Assembly: GCA_963739455.1 (NCBI GenBank)
Contig: CAVUAK010000002.1
Location: forward strand, 224,001 to 288,000
DNA: 64,000 bases
From: an uncultured Gemmatimonadales bacterium
GTDB taxonomy: Bacteria > Gemmatimonadota > Gemmatimonadetes > Gemmatimonadales > GWC2-71-9
Direction of reading: 5' to 3'
Part shown: one piece after another, positions 41,589-53,455 of the stretch
Position numbering within the stretch: position 1 is the stretch's first letter
Layout of the letters: every line of letters begins with the position of its first letter
Position numbers and translations under genes: made by a program
Notes under the pieces: generated by a model
What the model saw: only the letters and a program-made list of their open reading frames with translations
Databases searched by the model: none
What the model was told of the DNA's origin: nothing

Positions 41589-42309
41589 CTAGAAATCAGT
41601 CGTGGTCGCGCCAAACGCAAGCCCGTCACCTGCCACAATCAGGTTCGGGTTGTTCGATCCCGAGGTTGAATCCGTACCCGATCACGGCGGCGTCGGGATA
41701 CAATGCCTTCACTTCCGCCCACGTGAGCACGTTGCTCTGACCGTTCTTCGTGCTCCACCAGAGCCCCGCACTCGCATCCCATTGCTGCCAGGTGTCGTTC
41801 ACGATCGCATCCTGGCCGCCGGATTGGCGATACGGCTCGTACACCAGCGTGGCGAAGTTGCCCGGGACGCTCGTGCCGCTGATCTGGACGTTGAGGGAAA
41901 TCGTCGCAGCCTGGGGAGCAGTGGGGTCGGCGACAATCGCCGGAGACGTGGACGACCGGTAGCCCCAGTACGATACGTTCGCGATCGAGCTGAGCGCAGT
42001 GCCGGCTGACGCGAAGGTGAAGAGCTGCGCCTTGTCCTGCAGGGGCGAGCCAGTCGCCGCACCGGTAGTGAGCTTCACCGCGTCGCAGGTCAGGCCACTC
42101 GGTGTGCCGAACTCGGTGGTCATGGCGACGGTGCCGTTCGAGCGGGTATCGGACGAGTACCAGCCCGGCGCAGGCACCGAGGCCGGATCGCCCGCCAGGA
42201 TGGCGACCGGCGTGCAACCCGGTTCCGAGTCATTGGAGCAGGCCACAAGGCCGGCGCTCGCGGCCAGTGCCGTGACGGCGCAGTACTTCCAGGTGCGACT
42301 GAGAGACAT
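41589..42309 (-). CDS. lipoprotein of unknown function, beta-rich (frameshift near 41659)
   Basis: Lipobox LVAC; TLVYEPY, DTWQQWDA..GLWWST; removing one G gives ...GFNLGSNNPNLIVAGDGLAFGATTTDF*. Confidence 0.7.
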
Positions 42310-42311
42310 TG

Positions 42312-43901
42312 CTATTCCCATTCAATGGTTGCAGGCGGCTTGGACGAGATGTCGTACGTCACCCGGTTGATCCCCCGCACCTCGTTGATGATGCGCGAGG
42401 ACACCTTCTTGAGCAGGCTGTACGGTAGCGGCGCCCAGTCGGCGGTCATGAAATCGCTGGTCTGAACTGCACGGAGCGCCACCACGAACTCATAGGTGCG
42501 CCCGTCGCCCATTACGCCGACACTCCGGACCGGCAGGAACACGGCGAAAGCCTGGCTGGTGAGGTCGTACCAGCTCTTCCCTGTCGCCTCGTCCCTCGCC
42601 TGCCGCAGTTCCTCGATGAAGATCGCATCGGCCCGACGCAGCAGGTCGGCGTATTCGCGCTTCACCTCGCCCAGGATGCGAACGCCCAGTCCCGGTCCGG
42701 GGAATGGATGCCGGTACACCATGTCGTGTGGCAGGCCCAGTGCCACGCCGAGCTCCCGCACTTCATCCTTGAAGAGCTCACGGAGCGGCTCGAGAAGCTT
42801 CAAGCCAAGCGTTGCCGGCAGGCCGCCGACGTTGTGATGGCTCTTGATGGTGATCGCCTTCTTGCCGGCGCTGCCCGATTCGATGACGTCGGGATAAATC
42901 GTGCCCTGGGCCAGCCAGCGCACGTTCCTGAGCTTCTTCGCCTCGGCCTGGAACACCTCCACAAACTCACGGCCGATGATCTTGCGCTTCTGTTCCGGGT
43001 CGGTGATTCCCTTGAGATGCCCGAGGAACTGGTCGCTCGCGTCGACGTGCACCACCCGCGCCTTGAGCTGCCCCGCGAACATGTCCATCACCATGCCGGC
43101 CTCACTCAGGCGCAGCAGTCCATGGTCCACGAAGACGCAGGTGAGCTGGTCGCCGATGGCGCGATGGATCAGTGCCGCCGCCACGCTGGAATCGACGCCG
43201 CCGCTCAGCCCGAGAAGGACCTCCTCGCTGCCGACCTGCGCGCGGATGCGGGCCACCGCCTCATCGATGTAGTTGCCCATCACCCAGTCGGGTCGCGCCC
43301 CGGCGATGTCCAGCACAAACCGGTTGATCAGCGCCTTCCCCTGCACCGTGTGTGTAACCTCGGGATGAAACTGCACCCCGTAATATCCTCGCGCTTCATC
43401 GGCCATGCCGGCGATCGGGCAGCTCGGCGTAGACGCCAGCAGCTTGAACCCGTCAGGCAGCCGCGTCACCTTGTCGCCGTGGCTCATCCACACCTTCAGC
43501 ATGCCGTGCCCTTCGGTGGTGCTGAAGTCCTCGATGCCATTGAGCAGCCGGGAATGCCCATGTGCCCGTACTTCGGCGTACCCGAACTCGCGGTGCGTGC
43601 TCGGCTCGACATCGCCACCCAGCTGCACCGCCATGGTGAACATCCCGTAACAGATGCCAAGGACCGGCACCCCTGCCTCCCACACCGCATGTGGGGCGCG
43701 AAGGTCGCGGTCCTCGTATGTGCTGGCGTGGCTGCCGGAGAGGATGATGCCCCGGGGCTTGAAGTCCCGGATGAACTGGTCGCTGACGTCGTTGGGATGG
43801 ATCTCGCAGTAGACGTGCGCCTCGCGCACGCGTCGCGCGATCAGTTGCGTGACCTGGGAACCAAAGTCGAGAATCAGGATCCTGTCGTGCTGGTCGCTCA
43901 C
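42312..43901 (-). CDS. guaA: GMP synthase (glutamine-hydrolysing)
   Basis: [40 protein letters not shown]. Confidence 0.97.
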   Translation of the reverse strand: MSDQHDRILILDFGSQVTQLIARRVREAHVYCEIHPNDVSDQFIRDFKPRGIILSGSHASTYEDRDLRAPHAVWEAGVPVLGICYGMFTMAVQLGGDVEPSTHREFGYAEVRAHGHSRLLNGIEDFSTTEGHGMLKVWMSHGDKVTRLPDGFKLLASTPSCPIAGMADEARGYYGVQFHPEVTHTVQGKALINRFVLDIAGARPDWVMGNYIDEAVARIRAQVGSEEVLLGLSGGVDSSVAAALIHRAIGDQLTCVFVDHGLLRLSEAGMVMDMFAGQLKARVVHVDASDQFLGHLKGITDPEQKRKIIGREFVEVFQAEAKKLRNVRWLAQGTIYPDVIESGSAGKKAITIKSHHNVGGLPATLGLKLLEPLRELFKDEVRELGVALGLPHDMVYRHPFPGPGLGVRILGEVKREYADLLRRADAIFIEELRQARDEATGKSWYDLTSQAFAVFLPVRSVGVMGDGRTYEFVVALRAVQTSDFMTADWAPLPYSLLKKVSSRIINEVRGINRVTYDISSKPPATIEWE

Positions 43902-45233
43902 CGCTCCTCACTCGTAACGCGTTCACTGCTGAAGAGATCTGCCACCACCTGCCGCGGGCGGGACAACCACGCGCGGCCCCGGTCGATGATGACCTCGGGT
44001 GGCAGCGGCCTCGTGTTGTAGTTGGAGGCCATCACGAAGCCATAGGCCCCGGCACAGAGTATCGCCACAAGGTCGCCCGGTTCCACCGGCGCCACGTCAC
44101 GATCGAGGGCAAAGAAGTCACCGGTTTCGCAGACCGGTCCCACCACGTCGGCCACCATCGAACCACCAGCGCGCAGCTGCACCGGGACGATTCCGTGATA
44201 TGCCTGGTACCGGCTCGGTCGCTCGAGGTCGTTCATTCCGGCGTCGACGATGACGAATTCCTTGCCCCCCGAATGCTTCCTGAAAAGTACCCTCGTGAGG
44301 AGCACACCCGACGCACCGACCAGGAAGCGGCCTGGCTCGAGGTACAGCGTGAGCCCGGTCGGTTTCACCAGCGGCACCAGGGCGTCCGCGTAGGCGCGGG
44401 GCGACATCGGCTCCTCGTCGTTGTACCGGATGCCCAGCCCGCCGCCCACGTCCAGCTCACGAAGCGTCGTGGTGCCATCGGCGCGCACGGCGCTCACCAG
44501 CTCCACCAGGCGGCCTGCACCTTCGGCGAATGGCTGCGTATCGGTGAGCTGGCTGCCGATGTGCATTGCGATCGCCACCAGCTCGAGACCCGGGTGCTTC
44601 CGGATCATCGCAGCCGCCGGCCGAACCTGGTCGAGGGGAATCCCGAACTTGATGCCGCGCTTGCCCGTGGAGATGTACGGGTGGGTTTCCGCGGTCACGT
44701 CGGGATTCACCCGGATGCCGAGGGGTAATGGCCGCTCGGCGTTCGCAGCGAGCCGCGCCAGCAGTTCAAGTTCGGCCATCGACTCGACGTTGACGTGCCC
44801 GATCCCGGCCGCCATCGCCGCGCGGAGCTCATCTTCCCGCTTGCCTACGCCGCTGAACACGATGTGATCGCTGGCGAACCCGGCGGCTATCGCCCGGGCC
44901 ATTTCCCCCTCGGAAACAATGTCGGCGCCAGCGCCGAGGTCGCGGAGGACGCGCAGCACGCCGAGGTTGCTGTTCGCCTTCACCGCGAAGCAGATGCGGT
45001 GTGGCATGCCGACTGAGCGCCTGGTCGAGTTCCCGGAACTGCCGCCGGATGACGTCGGCGTTGTAGACATATGCCGGCGTCCCGAATTCCCGCGCCACCT
45101 CGGCGAGAGAGACGCCGCCATCGACCAGCGTACCGTCGCGCCGCACCAGGTCCGCGTCCTCGAGCAGCAGCGCCGGGTCTGGCGCAGTGCCCGCCCGCTG
45201 GCCGGTGGCCACCGTCAGTACGCCCTCGCCCAC
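43898..45233 (-). CDS. lysA: diaminopimelate decarboxylase (frameshift near 45015)
   Basis: FGTPAYVY / [39 protein letters not shown]; start approximate. Confidence 0.93.
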
Positions 45234-46666
45234 ACGACCTCGGCCACAGAGGGCCGGCCCGTCCAGATGCACGTCTTCGGCGCTTCCGAGGAGCGGAACT
45301 CGGCGTCCGGAATGACGCGAATCGTCGCCTTCGTCTGCGCCTTGATCTCTGCCTCGACCGCGGGATCGCCGCACCAGCCGGCATAGACGAACCCGCCGCC
45401 GTTCTCGAGGTAGTCGATGAACGCCTGCTTGTTCTCGGGGTGACGGAAGCTGTTATGCTCGCGCCGGAGGATCGCGGTGTTGAGCAGGTCGTGCTGCATC
45501 CGGTCCACCTCCTGCACCATGCGCGGGCCGATCCCCTCGAGCGGCAGCGCCTCCTTCCCACCACCGGTGCGACGCGCCAGCATCACGGTACCGGCCGTCA
45601 CGTCGCGCGGGCCGAGCTCGAACCGGAACGGGACGCCCCGCGTCTCCCATTCGTAGTACTTGGCGCCCGGCTTGATCCCCTCACGACCGTCGATGTGCAC
45701 CCGGATGCCGGACTTCACCAGCTCGGCCTTCACCTTGTCGGCGGCCTCGAGCATCGCGGCGCGCTCGGCGTCGGCCTTGTAGATGGGCACGATCACCACC
45801 TGGTACTGCGCAAGGCGAGGCGGGCAGATGAGCCCGGTGTCATCGCCGTGCGTCATGATCAGCCCGCCGACGAGTCGGGTGGATACACCCCACGAGGTAT
45901 TCCACACGTACTCCTCCTTCCCTTCCTGGCTCTGGTACCGCACCTCGAACGCGCGGGCGAAGTTCTGGCCAAGGTTGTGGCTCGTGCCCGCCTGCAGCGC
46001 CTTGTTGTCCTGCATCAGCGCCTCGCACGAATAGGTGCGCAGCGCGCCGGCGAACCGCTCGCTGTCGGTCTTGCGGCCGGTGAGCACCGGCATCGCCATC
46101 CACTGCTCCATGAAGGTGCGGTACAGCCCGAGGATCATCAGCGTCTCCTCCTCGGCCTCCGCCTCGGTGGCGTGCGCGGTGTGGCCCTCCTGCCAGAGGA
46201 ACTCGGTGGTGCGAAGGAAGAGGCGCGTACGCAGCTCCCATCGCACCACGTTGGCCCACTGGTTGATGAGCACCGGCAGGTCGCGATAGCTCTGGATCCA
46301 CTTCGCGTACATCGCGTAGATGATCGTTTCCGAGGTAGGGCGCACCACCAGCGGCTCGTCCAGCAGCTTGCCGCCGCCGTGCGTCACCACGGCCGTCTCG
46401 GGCGCGAAGCCCTCGACGTGCTCCGCCTCCTTGGACAGGAAGCTCTGCGGGATGAACAGCGGGAAGTAGGCGTTCTGGTGGCCGGTGTCCTTGAACATCT
46501 TGTCGAGCGCCGCCTGCATCTGCTCCCAGATGGCGTAGCCGTTCGGCCGGATGACCATGCACCCGCGCACCGGGCTGTAGTCGGCGAGCTGGGCCTTCAT
46601 GATCAGTTCGTTGTACCACGCGCTGAAGTCGGTTGCGCGGGGTGTCAGTGCCTTGTTGTCAGCCAT
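45215..46666 (-). CDS. proS: proline--tRNA ligase (archaeal/eukaryote-like type)
   Basis: DFSAWY, RPTSET, NQWANVVRWE, EFLWQEGH, QAGTSH, C-terminal ARAY. Confidence 0.96.
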   Translation of the reverse strand: MADNKALTPRATDFSAWYNELIMKAQLADYSPVRGCMVIRPNGYAIWEQMQAALDKMFKDTGHQNAYFPLFIPQSFLSKEAEHVEGFAPETAVVTHGGGKLLDEPLVVRPTSETIIYAMYAKWIQSYRDLPVLINQWANVVRWELRTRLFLRTTEFLWQEGHTAHATEAEAEEETLMILGLYRTFMEQWMAMPVLTGRKTDSERFAGALRTYSCEALMQDNKALQAGTSHNLGQNFARAFEVRYQSQEGKEEYVWNTSWGVSTRLVGGLIMTHGDDTGLICPPRLAQYQVVIVPIYKADAERAAMLEAADKVKAELVKSGIRVHIDGREGIKPGAKYYEWETRGVPFRFELGPRDVTAGTVMLARRTGGGKEALPLEGIGPRMVQEVDRMQHDLLNTAILRREHNSFRHPENKQAFIDYLENGGGFVYAGWCGDPAVEAEIKAQTKATIRVIPDAEFRSSEAPKTCIWTGRPSVAEVVWARAY

Positions 46667-46693
46667 CCGTACTCCAAAGGGAAGATTCCATGA

Positions 46694-47978
46694 TCACCCG
46701 GCCAGCAGCGTGGTGACCGCAGTGACCGCATCCGATCGCTTCGCCGCCAGTTGGCGGTGGCTCGCGAGGTCCTTGAGCTGCACTTCGCCGCGGGCACGGT
46801 CATCGGGGCCGATGACCACGGCACAGCGCGCTCCACGCGCGTCCGCCTGCTTGAGCTGCTTGCCCAGCGCCTGGGACGCGAGCGCGTACTCCACGCTGAC
46901 CCCGGCGTCACGGAGCTCGTGCACCAGCGCCAGCGCCTCGGCACGATCCTCGTCCGTCACGGCGGCGACGAACACGTCGAGCCGCGCCTCGGTGGACGGC
47001 AGCAGCCCGCGCTCCTTCAGCAACTCGCCCAGGACCACATCGCCCATGCCGAACCCGACGCAGGGCAGGTCCACGCCGCCGATGGCACCCACCAGGTTGT
47101 CATAGCGTCCGCCGCCGCAGATCGCGCGCAGTTCACCCTTCGTGTCGAACAGTTCGAACACGGTGCCGGTGTAGTACGCGAGCCCGCGCACGATGGTGAA
47201 GTCGGGCTCGACGTACTCGCCCAGTCCCATGGACTCGAGGATCCGCACCACCTCGCAGGAGCGATGCGCTCGTTTCGGCGAGCGCCGGGTCGGCCAGCGG
47301 CTCCCAGCTCTTCGCCCTCGCCACCGTGACGATCGCGTCGACATCGGTGCTGCTTACGCCAGCATCGCGCAGCTTCTGCCGCGAGACGTCCTCCGGAGTG
47401 CGCCCGAACTTGTCGAGCACCTGCTGCCAGGTCGCCACCTGCGCATCGGTCTGCTTATGGTGGCGCAGCAACGCATCGAGGATGCGCCGGTCGGACAGCC
47501 GCACCTTGAAGTCACTGGAGGTCAGCCCGAGCGCGCGCATCACGTCGATCGCCAGGGCAATGATCTCGGCGTCCGCACCGGGACCCGCCTCACCGATCAG
47601 GTCGCAGTTGAGCTGGAAGTGCTCGCGGAGGCGACCGCGCTGCTGACGCTCGTAGCGGAACAGCTGCGGGATCGAGAACCAGCGAATTGGCTTCCGGAGC
47701 CCGTTGGCCCGCGATGCCACCATGCGCGCAAGCGTCGGGGTCATCTCGGGGCGCAATGAGACCTGCCGAGCGCCCTTGTCCTCGAAGTTGTAGAGCTGCC
47801 CCACGATTTCGTCGCCGCTCTTGGCGGTATACAGCTCGAGCGGTTCGAGCGGCGGACCGTCGTACTCCTCGAAGCCATACCGCGTCGCCACCGACCGCCA
47901 CGCCGCGAAGACGTGCGACCGGATGAGGTGGTCGGCCGGGAAAAAATCGCGAAAGCCCGGCAGGGCTTGGAGTTGCAT
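46694..47978 (-). CDS. hisS: histidine--tRNA ligase (frameshift near 47255)
   Basis: PGFRDF, LRPEMT, FRYERQQRGRLREHFQ / VRGLAYYTG, GGGRYD. Confidence 0.95.
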
Positions 47979-47996
47979 GGGCGACAAGATACCAGC

Positions 47997-48024
47997 GTGA
48001 GGGGTCAGGAGTGAGGGGTCAGGG
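47997..48024. repeat. heptamer tandem repeat x4
   Basis: GTGAGGG GTCAGGA GTGAGGG GTCAGGG at the folC-hisS junction. Confidence 0.7.
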
Positions 48025-49264
48025 GTCGAGCCCAAGCAGGTGCATCACGTCCCCTACCGTATGGAACGATCCGGTGACCAGCAGGGTTCCTGCCCCTTCC
48101 TGCCCCATAGCCACCGCCCGGGCGAGGTTGGGCTCGATCACCCAGGGCACGACGCCCGGCCCCGGGGTCCGCTCATGGAGCCAGCGCTCCAGCGCGCTCC
48201 AGGTTCCACCCCCGCCCCGCCGCGGTCGGCGCCACGGTGAGCACCCCGCGATCCACGGTGCCGTCGAGGCTCCGCAGCATCTCCGGCCAGTCCTTGTCGC
48301 CCAGGATCGCGACCACGGCGTGTATCGGGGTGCTCGGGCGCAGGGCGCCGATAGCCGCCACCAGCGTGCGCACGCCGTCGGGGTTGTGCGCCACGTCGAA
48401 GAGGTAGCGGCCCCGCCGGTCGAGCCGACCGGCGATGAACGCCTCGGCGAAACCCCGCTCGGTGGCATCCACATCGGGGCGCCAGGTCTCGGGCAGCGCC
48501 TCGAGTGCCGCCAGCGCCACCGCGGCGTTCCGCCGCTGGTGCGGACCCTCCAGCCGCAACGGACCCTCCCACTGCGCATCCGCCGGCACCGTTCGCATGT
48601 CCAGGGTCGCCCCCGGTTCGAGCGCGCTCACGTAGCGCTGGCCCTCGCGCCGAAGCACCGCGACAATCTCGGGACGCGTCTCGCCCACGACAAAGGGCGC
48701 CCCGGGCTTCGCGATGCCCGCCTTCTCCCCGGCAATCAGTTCCAGCGTGTCACCCAGGTACTTCACGTGGTCCACCTCGATCTTGGTGACCACGCTGACC
48801 AGGGGCTGGAGCACGTTGGTGCTGTCGAGGCGTCCACCCAGACCCACCTCGACCACGGCGATCTCCGCTCCGCGCGAGGCGAAGTCGGCGAACGCCATCG
48901 CCGTGGTCGCCTCGAAGAACGTGGCGCCATGCTCCTCGATCAGCGGGCGCAGCCGGGCCGTCCACATTGCCACGGCCCCCTCGGAGATCGGGATCCCGGC
49001 CACCCGCATGCGTTCCCGGAACGAGACCACATGCGGCGAGGTGTACAGCCCAACCTTCCATCCCATCTCCCCGAGCGCCGACGCAATCAGGCTCGCGACA
49101 CTGCCCTTGCCGTTCGTTCCCCCCACATGAATCGCCGGGATCATCAGGTGTGGGTCGCCCACCGCCGCGAGCAGCGTCCGCGTCGTATCCAGCCCGAACT
49201 TGATGGTCGTGACACGCGGGAAGAGGAACTCGAGCGCGTCTTCGTAGGCGGTGGCGGTGGCCAT
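48019..49264 (-). CDS. folC: folylpolyglutamate/dihydrofolate synthase (frameshift near 48190)
   Basis: HVGGTNGKGS, YTSPH, EVGLGGRLDSTN, DVAHN / VTGSFHTVG. Confidence 0.94.
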
Positions 49265-49366
49265 GAATTCCTGGCAGGGGTGCTTGATCAGGGGCCGGTA
49301 GTGCAAGCGCCCCGCCCGGTGAGCAGGCGGGGCGCTGGGGCGCCACCCGGATCCGGTGCCGAACCT

Positions 49367-50230
49367 CTAGTGAACTTCACTCTCGGGATGCGGTCGCTGA
49401 CCCTGCATGTGCCGCAGCAGGCGCGCCGTCGTTTCCTTGAGCGAGCCGCGGGGCACCACATCATCGATCTGCCCGTGCTCCAGCAGGAACTCCGCCGTCT
49501 GGAAGCCCTCCGGCAGGTCCTGACCGATGGTCTGCTTGATGACGCGCTGTCCGGCAAAGCCGATGACCGCACCGGGCTCCGCCAGGATGACGTCGCCCTG
49601 CATTGCATAGGAGGCGGACACGCCACCGGTCGTGGGATCGGTGAGGATGCTGATGTAGGGCAAGCCGACCTCACGCATCTGGGCGATGGCGGCCGAGGTC
49701 TTGGCCATCTGCATGAGGGAGAGCACCCCCTCCTGCATCCGGGCACCGCCCGACGTGCTCACCAGGACCAGCGGGATCTTCTTGTCGGTGGAGCGCCGGG
49801 CGAGCCGCGCGATCTTCTCGCCCACCACGGAACCCATCGATCCGCCCATGAAGGCGAAATTCATGACCCCAAGGTGGAACGGCAGCTTGTCGATCTTGCC
49901 CCAGCCGGAATACATCGCGTCCGCGTCACCCGCCTTGCGATGGGCGGCGGCGAGGCGGTCGGCGTAGTGCTCGAATTTCAGGGGATCGGTGGAACGAAGG
50001 TTGGAGTACAGCTCTTTCCAGCTGCCTTCGTCGGTAAGGATCTCGATGTACTCCTCGGCCGATATGCGCCGATGCCGTCCACACTCAGGGCACACATTGA
50101 AGGCACGCTCGAACTTCTCGCGAAGATCGAGGTGGCCGCAATTCTCGCACTTCTCCCACGCATCCGCCGGAATCTCAAGGCGTTCACGCTTCGAGGCGCG
50201 GGGCTTTCGTTCCTTCTTGAACCAAGCCAT
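49367..50230 (-). CDS. accD: acetyl-CoA carboxylase carboxyltransferase beta subunit
   Basis: CENC/CPEC zinc finger, GGSMGSVVGE, SGGARMQEG, PTTGGVSAS. Confidence 0.96.
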   Translation of the reverse strand: MAWFKKERKPRASKRERLEIPADAWEKCENCGHLDLREKFERAFNVCPECGRHRRISAEEYIEILTDEGSWKELYSNLRSTDPLKFEHYADRLAAAHRKAGDADAMYSGWGKIDKLPFHLGVMNFAFMGGSMGSVVGEKIARLARRSTDKKIPLVLVSTSGGARMQEGVLSLMQMAKTSAAIAQMREVGLPYISILTDPTTGGVSASYAMQGDVILAEPGAVIGFAGQRVIKQTIGQDLPEGFQTAEFLLEHGQIDDVVPRGSLKETTARLLRHMQGQRPHPESEVH

Positions 50231-50350
50231 CACAGCCATAGATGAGTGTGTGTTTGGGGGTCGAACGGCAACCGCTTCCCGGCTCCCAAGGACCGGTAGA
50301 ATCTTGCACTGTGTACCTTTCCGCGCCAGACCCCGCCAGCTAAGTCTTTG

Positions 50351-51595
50351 TCAGAACTCGTGATACGCAGAGCGATCCGACTCCGCCGCAACCCGGAAGC
50401 AGATGCCGATGCAGGCACAGCAGATCAGGAAGAACGACCCACCATAGGAAAAGAACGGCAAGGGAATGCCGGTGATTGGCATCACGTTTACCGTCATCCC
50501 AATGTTCTCGAACACGTGGGTGAAGAGCATGCCGAGGATGCCGAACACCATGAGGCTTGAGAACGGATCGGACGCCCGGCGCGCGATCCGCACCAGCGAG
50601 AGGAAGAGCACTGCATAAAGGATCAGCGCCGTCATCACGCCAAGGAAGCCGAGTTCCTCCCCCACGACCGAAAACACGAAGTCGGTATGCTGCTCCGGCA
50701 GGAAGGCCAGGCGCTTCTGGGGCCCCTGGGTGTACCCGGTGCCGAACCACCCACCCGAGCCGATGGCCACCTTCGACTGGATCGCGTGGTAGCCCGCCTT
50801 CTGGGGGTCGATCTCGGGATTGAGGAAGGTGAGCAGGCGGTTCTGCTGGTACGTGTGCAACCGGCTCCACAGCGGGATCGCGATCGCCCCCATCACCACA
50901 TTGGCGAGGTACACCGCCACCGAGTCGAGGATGAAGGGGCGATAGACGGCCAGCACGATGAACAGCGCGATCATCCAGAGCGTCCAGCCCAGGGTGCTGA
51001 AGCCAAGCAGCAGGCTGAAGCCCGGTGACGCGAGGAGGAACAGCACCAGGGGCCGGGCACCGGCCCAGAACAGCATGGCGAACAGGATGCCGACGAAAAC
51101 GAGCGCACTGCCCAGGTCCGGCTGCTTGAGCACCAGCAGAAACGGCACACCGACGATCAGTGACGGCACCAGCAGGTCGCGCATCGAGCGGGGAGGTTCG
51201 CGCAGCCCGGACAGGTGGCGCGCCAGCATCAGCACCGTGGCGATCTTGGCAAATTCCGATGGCTGCCCGATCTGGCGCCCGCCAATGGAGAGCCAGCTGT
51301 GGCTGGACTCAGCGGTGCCGGCACCAGTGCCTACGGCTAGCACGATCAACAGCAGGAGAATGCCGAACCCGTATAGGGCGGGTGCGGCCCACTCGAGGAT
51401 GCGCGGCGAGATCTGGTAGACCACCACTGCCACGGTGAACCCGATTCCACTCCACACGAGTTGACGAAACCAGACTCCAGCGGCCTTGGTCGGGACATCG
51501 GTCTGCCCCGCTGAATAGAGGGTCAGCAGCCCGAAGCCGATGAGCAGCAGCGTCGTCACCGCCAGGGTGCGATCGAACGAGCCGACCGACCTCAT
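50351..51595 (-). CDS. rodA: SEDS rod-shape-determining protein RodA
   Basis: QPSEFAK, QPDLG, LPEQHTDF, TGIPLPFFSYGG. Confidence 0.95.
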   Translation of the reverse strand: MRSVGSFDRTLAVTTLLLIGFGLLTLYSAGQTDVPTKAAGVWFRQLVWSGIGFTVAVVVYQISPRILEWAAPALYGFGILLLLIVLAVGTGAGTAESSHSWLSIGGRQIGQPSEFAKIATVLMLARHLSGLREPPRSMRDLLVPSLIVGVPFLLVLKQPDLGSALVFVGILFAMLFWAGARPLVLFLLASPGFSLLLGFSTLGWTLWMIALFIVLAVYRPFILDSVAVYLANVVMGAIAIPLWSRLHTYQQNRLLTFLNPEIDPQKAGYHAIQSKVAIGSGGWFGTGYTQGPQKRLAFLPEQHTDFVFSVVGEELGFLGVMTALILYAVLFLSLVRIARRASDPFSSLMVFGILGMLFTHVFENIGMTVNVMPITGIPLPFFSYGGSFFLICCACIGICFRVAAESDRSAYHEF

Positions 51596-53455
51596 GGCGT
51601 TATCCCGACGGTGCGAAGCGCCACCGGCGTCGGCGCGGTGGTATCGGCTGCCGGGGCATCCCTGGGTGCGCTGTCCACCGGGAGTTCCATCTCGCTCGGG
51701 GTGGGCGGTGGTGCGCCGGGGCCAAGTACGTAGCGGCTCAGCGCCTTCATGACGTAGGGCGCTACCACGGTACCATGTTCTGCGGCCTCCATGATGCCGC
51801 CGATCACGATTGTCGGGTTATCGGCCGGGGCGAATCCGATGAACCAGCCGTGATCCTTGCCGTGGGAGTTCTGCGCGGTACCGGTCTTCCCGGCCACCGC
51901 CAGGTCGGTGCGGCGGCTCGCTGCGGCGGTGCCCTTCTCCACCACGGCGATGAGTGCGGTGCGCAGGCCGGCGAGCTGCTCGGGCGTGAGGCCGAGGTCA
52001 CGAACGGGCTCGGCGGACTCGCGTACCACGTAAGGTGATCGCACCTTCCCGTCGCCGGCCAGCGCAGCGTAGAACTTCACCATGTTGATCAGGGTCTGGG
52101 TGTTCTCGCCCTGGCCGATTGAGAAGTTCAGCACCGTGGCTGGCGCGCTCCAGTTGCGCGCACCATAGCGTTTGTCGAAGTAGGTCTGGTCGGCCGGGAA
52201 GATGGGATCCTGCTCACTCGGCAGGTCCACGCCGCTCCGGTCGCGAAATCCGAGGAGCACGCCGTCCTTGATGATGGCATCCAGGCCGAGCCGCTGGCCC
52301 AGCTGGTAGAAATACACGTCGCAACTCTTCGCCACGGCACCGATCAGGTCGAGCGAGCCGTGCCCTTCCTTCTTCCAGCACTTGAACACGCGGTTGCCGA
52401 GCCGGTAGCCACCGTTGCATGACACCGGCATGTGGGTCTCGAAGCCGACGATGCCGCGACGCAGCGCCATGGCAGCGATCGCCAGCTTGAACGGTGATGC
52501 CGGGCGGATAGCGCCCGTTGATGGCGCGGTTGATGAGCGGGTTCGCTTCATCGGTGACGAGGTTCTTGTAGTCGGCGCTGGAGATGCCGCTGGCAAAGAG
52601 GTTCGGGTCGTACGAGGGCGCGGAGTACAGCGCGCGGATCTCGCCCCGCGGCGTCATGGCCACCATGGCGCCGCGGACACCGGCCGGCCAGATGCTGTCG
52701 ATGTACCGCTGCAGGTCGAGGTCGACGGTGGTATGGAGCGCGCGCCCCGCCACCGGGGCCAGCGACGCCGCGCTCGCCTCGTTGCGCACCAGCCCGCCGC
52801 GCGCGTTCACCTCGATGTAGCGCACACCTTCCCGGCCCCGAAGCGTATCGTCGTACTCGCGCTCGATCCCGGCGCGACCCACGATCGACCCCGACTGCGC
52901 CCCTGGAAACCGGTCCGCCGTGAGTTCGGCATCAGTCACCTCCGACACGTAGCCCACCACGTGGGCCACGGCCTTCCCCGCCGGGTAGAGGCGGCGCGGC
53001 TCCGACTGGAGGACGAGGCCGGGCAACAGTGCCCGATGTTCCTCCAGCCGGCTCGCTGTCTCGAACGACGCCTCCCCGTACACCACGGCGGGCTGGTAGC
53101 GCGCGCCCCGCCAGCGCCGCACGATGTCGGCTATGCCGGCGCTGTCGAGCGGCACCACGGTGGCCAGGCGGCGCAGCACGGCTCGCAGCGAATCGGCGTT
53201 GGTGGCGATGAGCTTGACGGTGTAACCCGGCAGGTTCTCCGCGATCACCTCGCCCTTCCAGTCGAGGATCGCACCGCGCGGCGGCGGCAACGGCACCGGA
53301 CGCAGACGGTTGGACTCGGCGCGCAACTGATACTTCTCGTGCTGGAGGATCTGCGCGCGGAAGAAGGCCCCGGCGAGGACCAGGAAGGCGAGCGCGATGA
53401 TCCAGCGGGCGCCGCTCGCCCGACGCTGCAGGTCGGTGGGATCCAGGTGGTTCAT
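51592..53455 (-). CDS. mrdA: penicillin-binding protein 2 (frameshift near 52500)
   Basis: PRGAILD, SPFK (SxxK), SCD, KTGTAQ; between mreD and rodA. Confidence 0.94.

Noticed and set aside
45071..50245. Long plus-strand ORFs (45071-46693, 48011-50245) and similar shadows elsewhere
   Set aside because: Antisense shadows of proS, folC and accD, expected from high GC3 codon bias.
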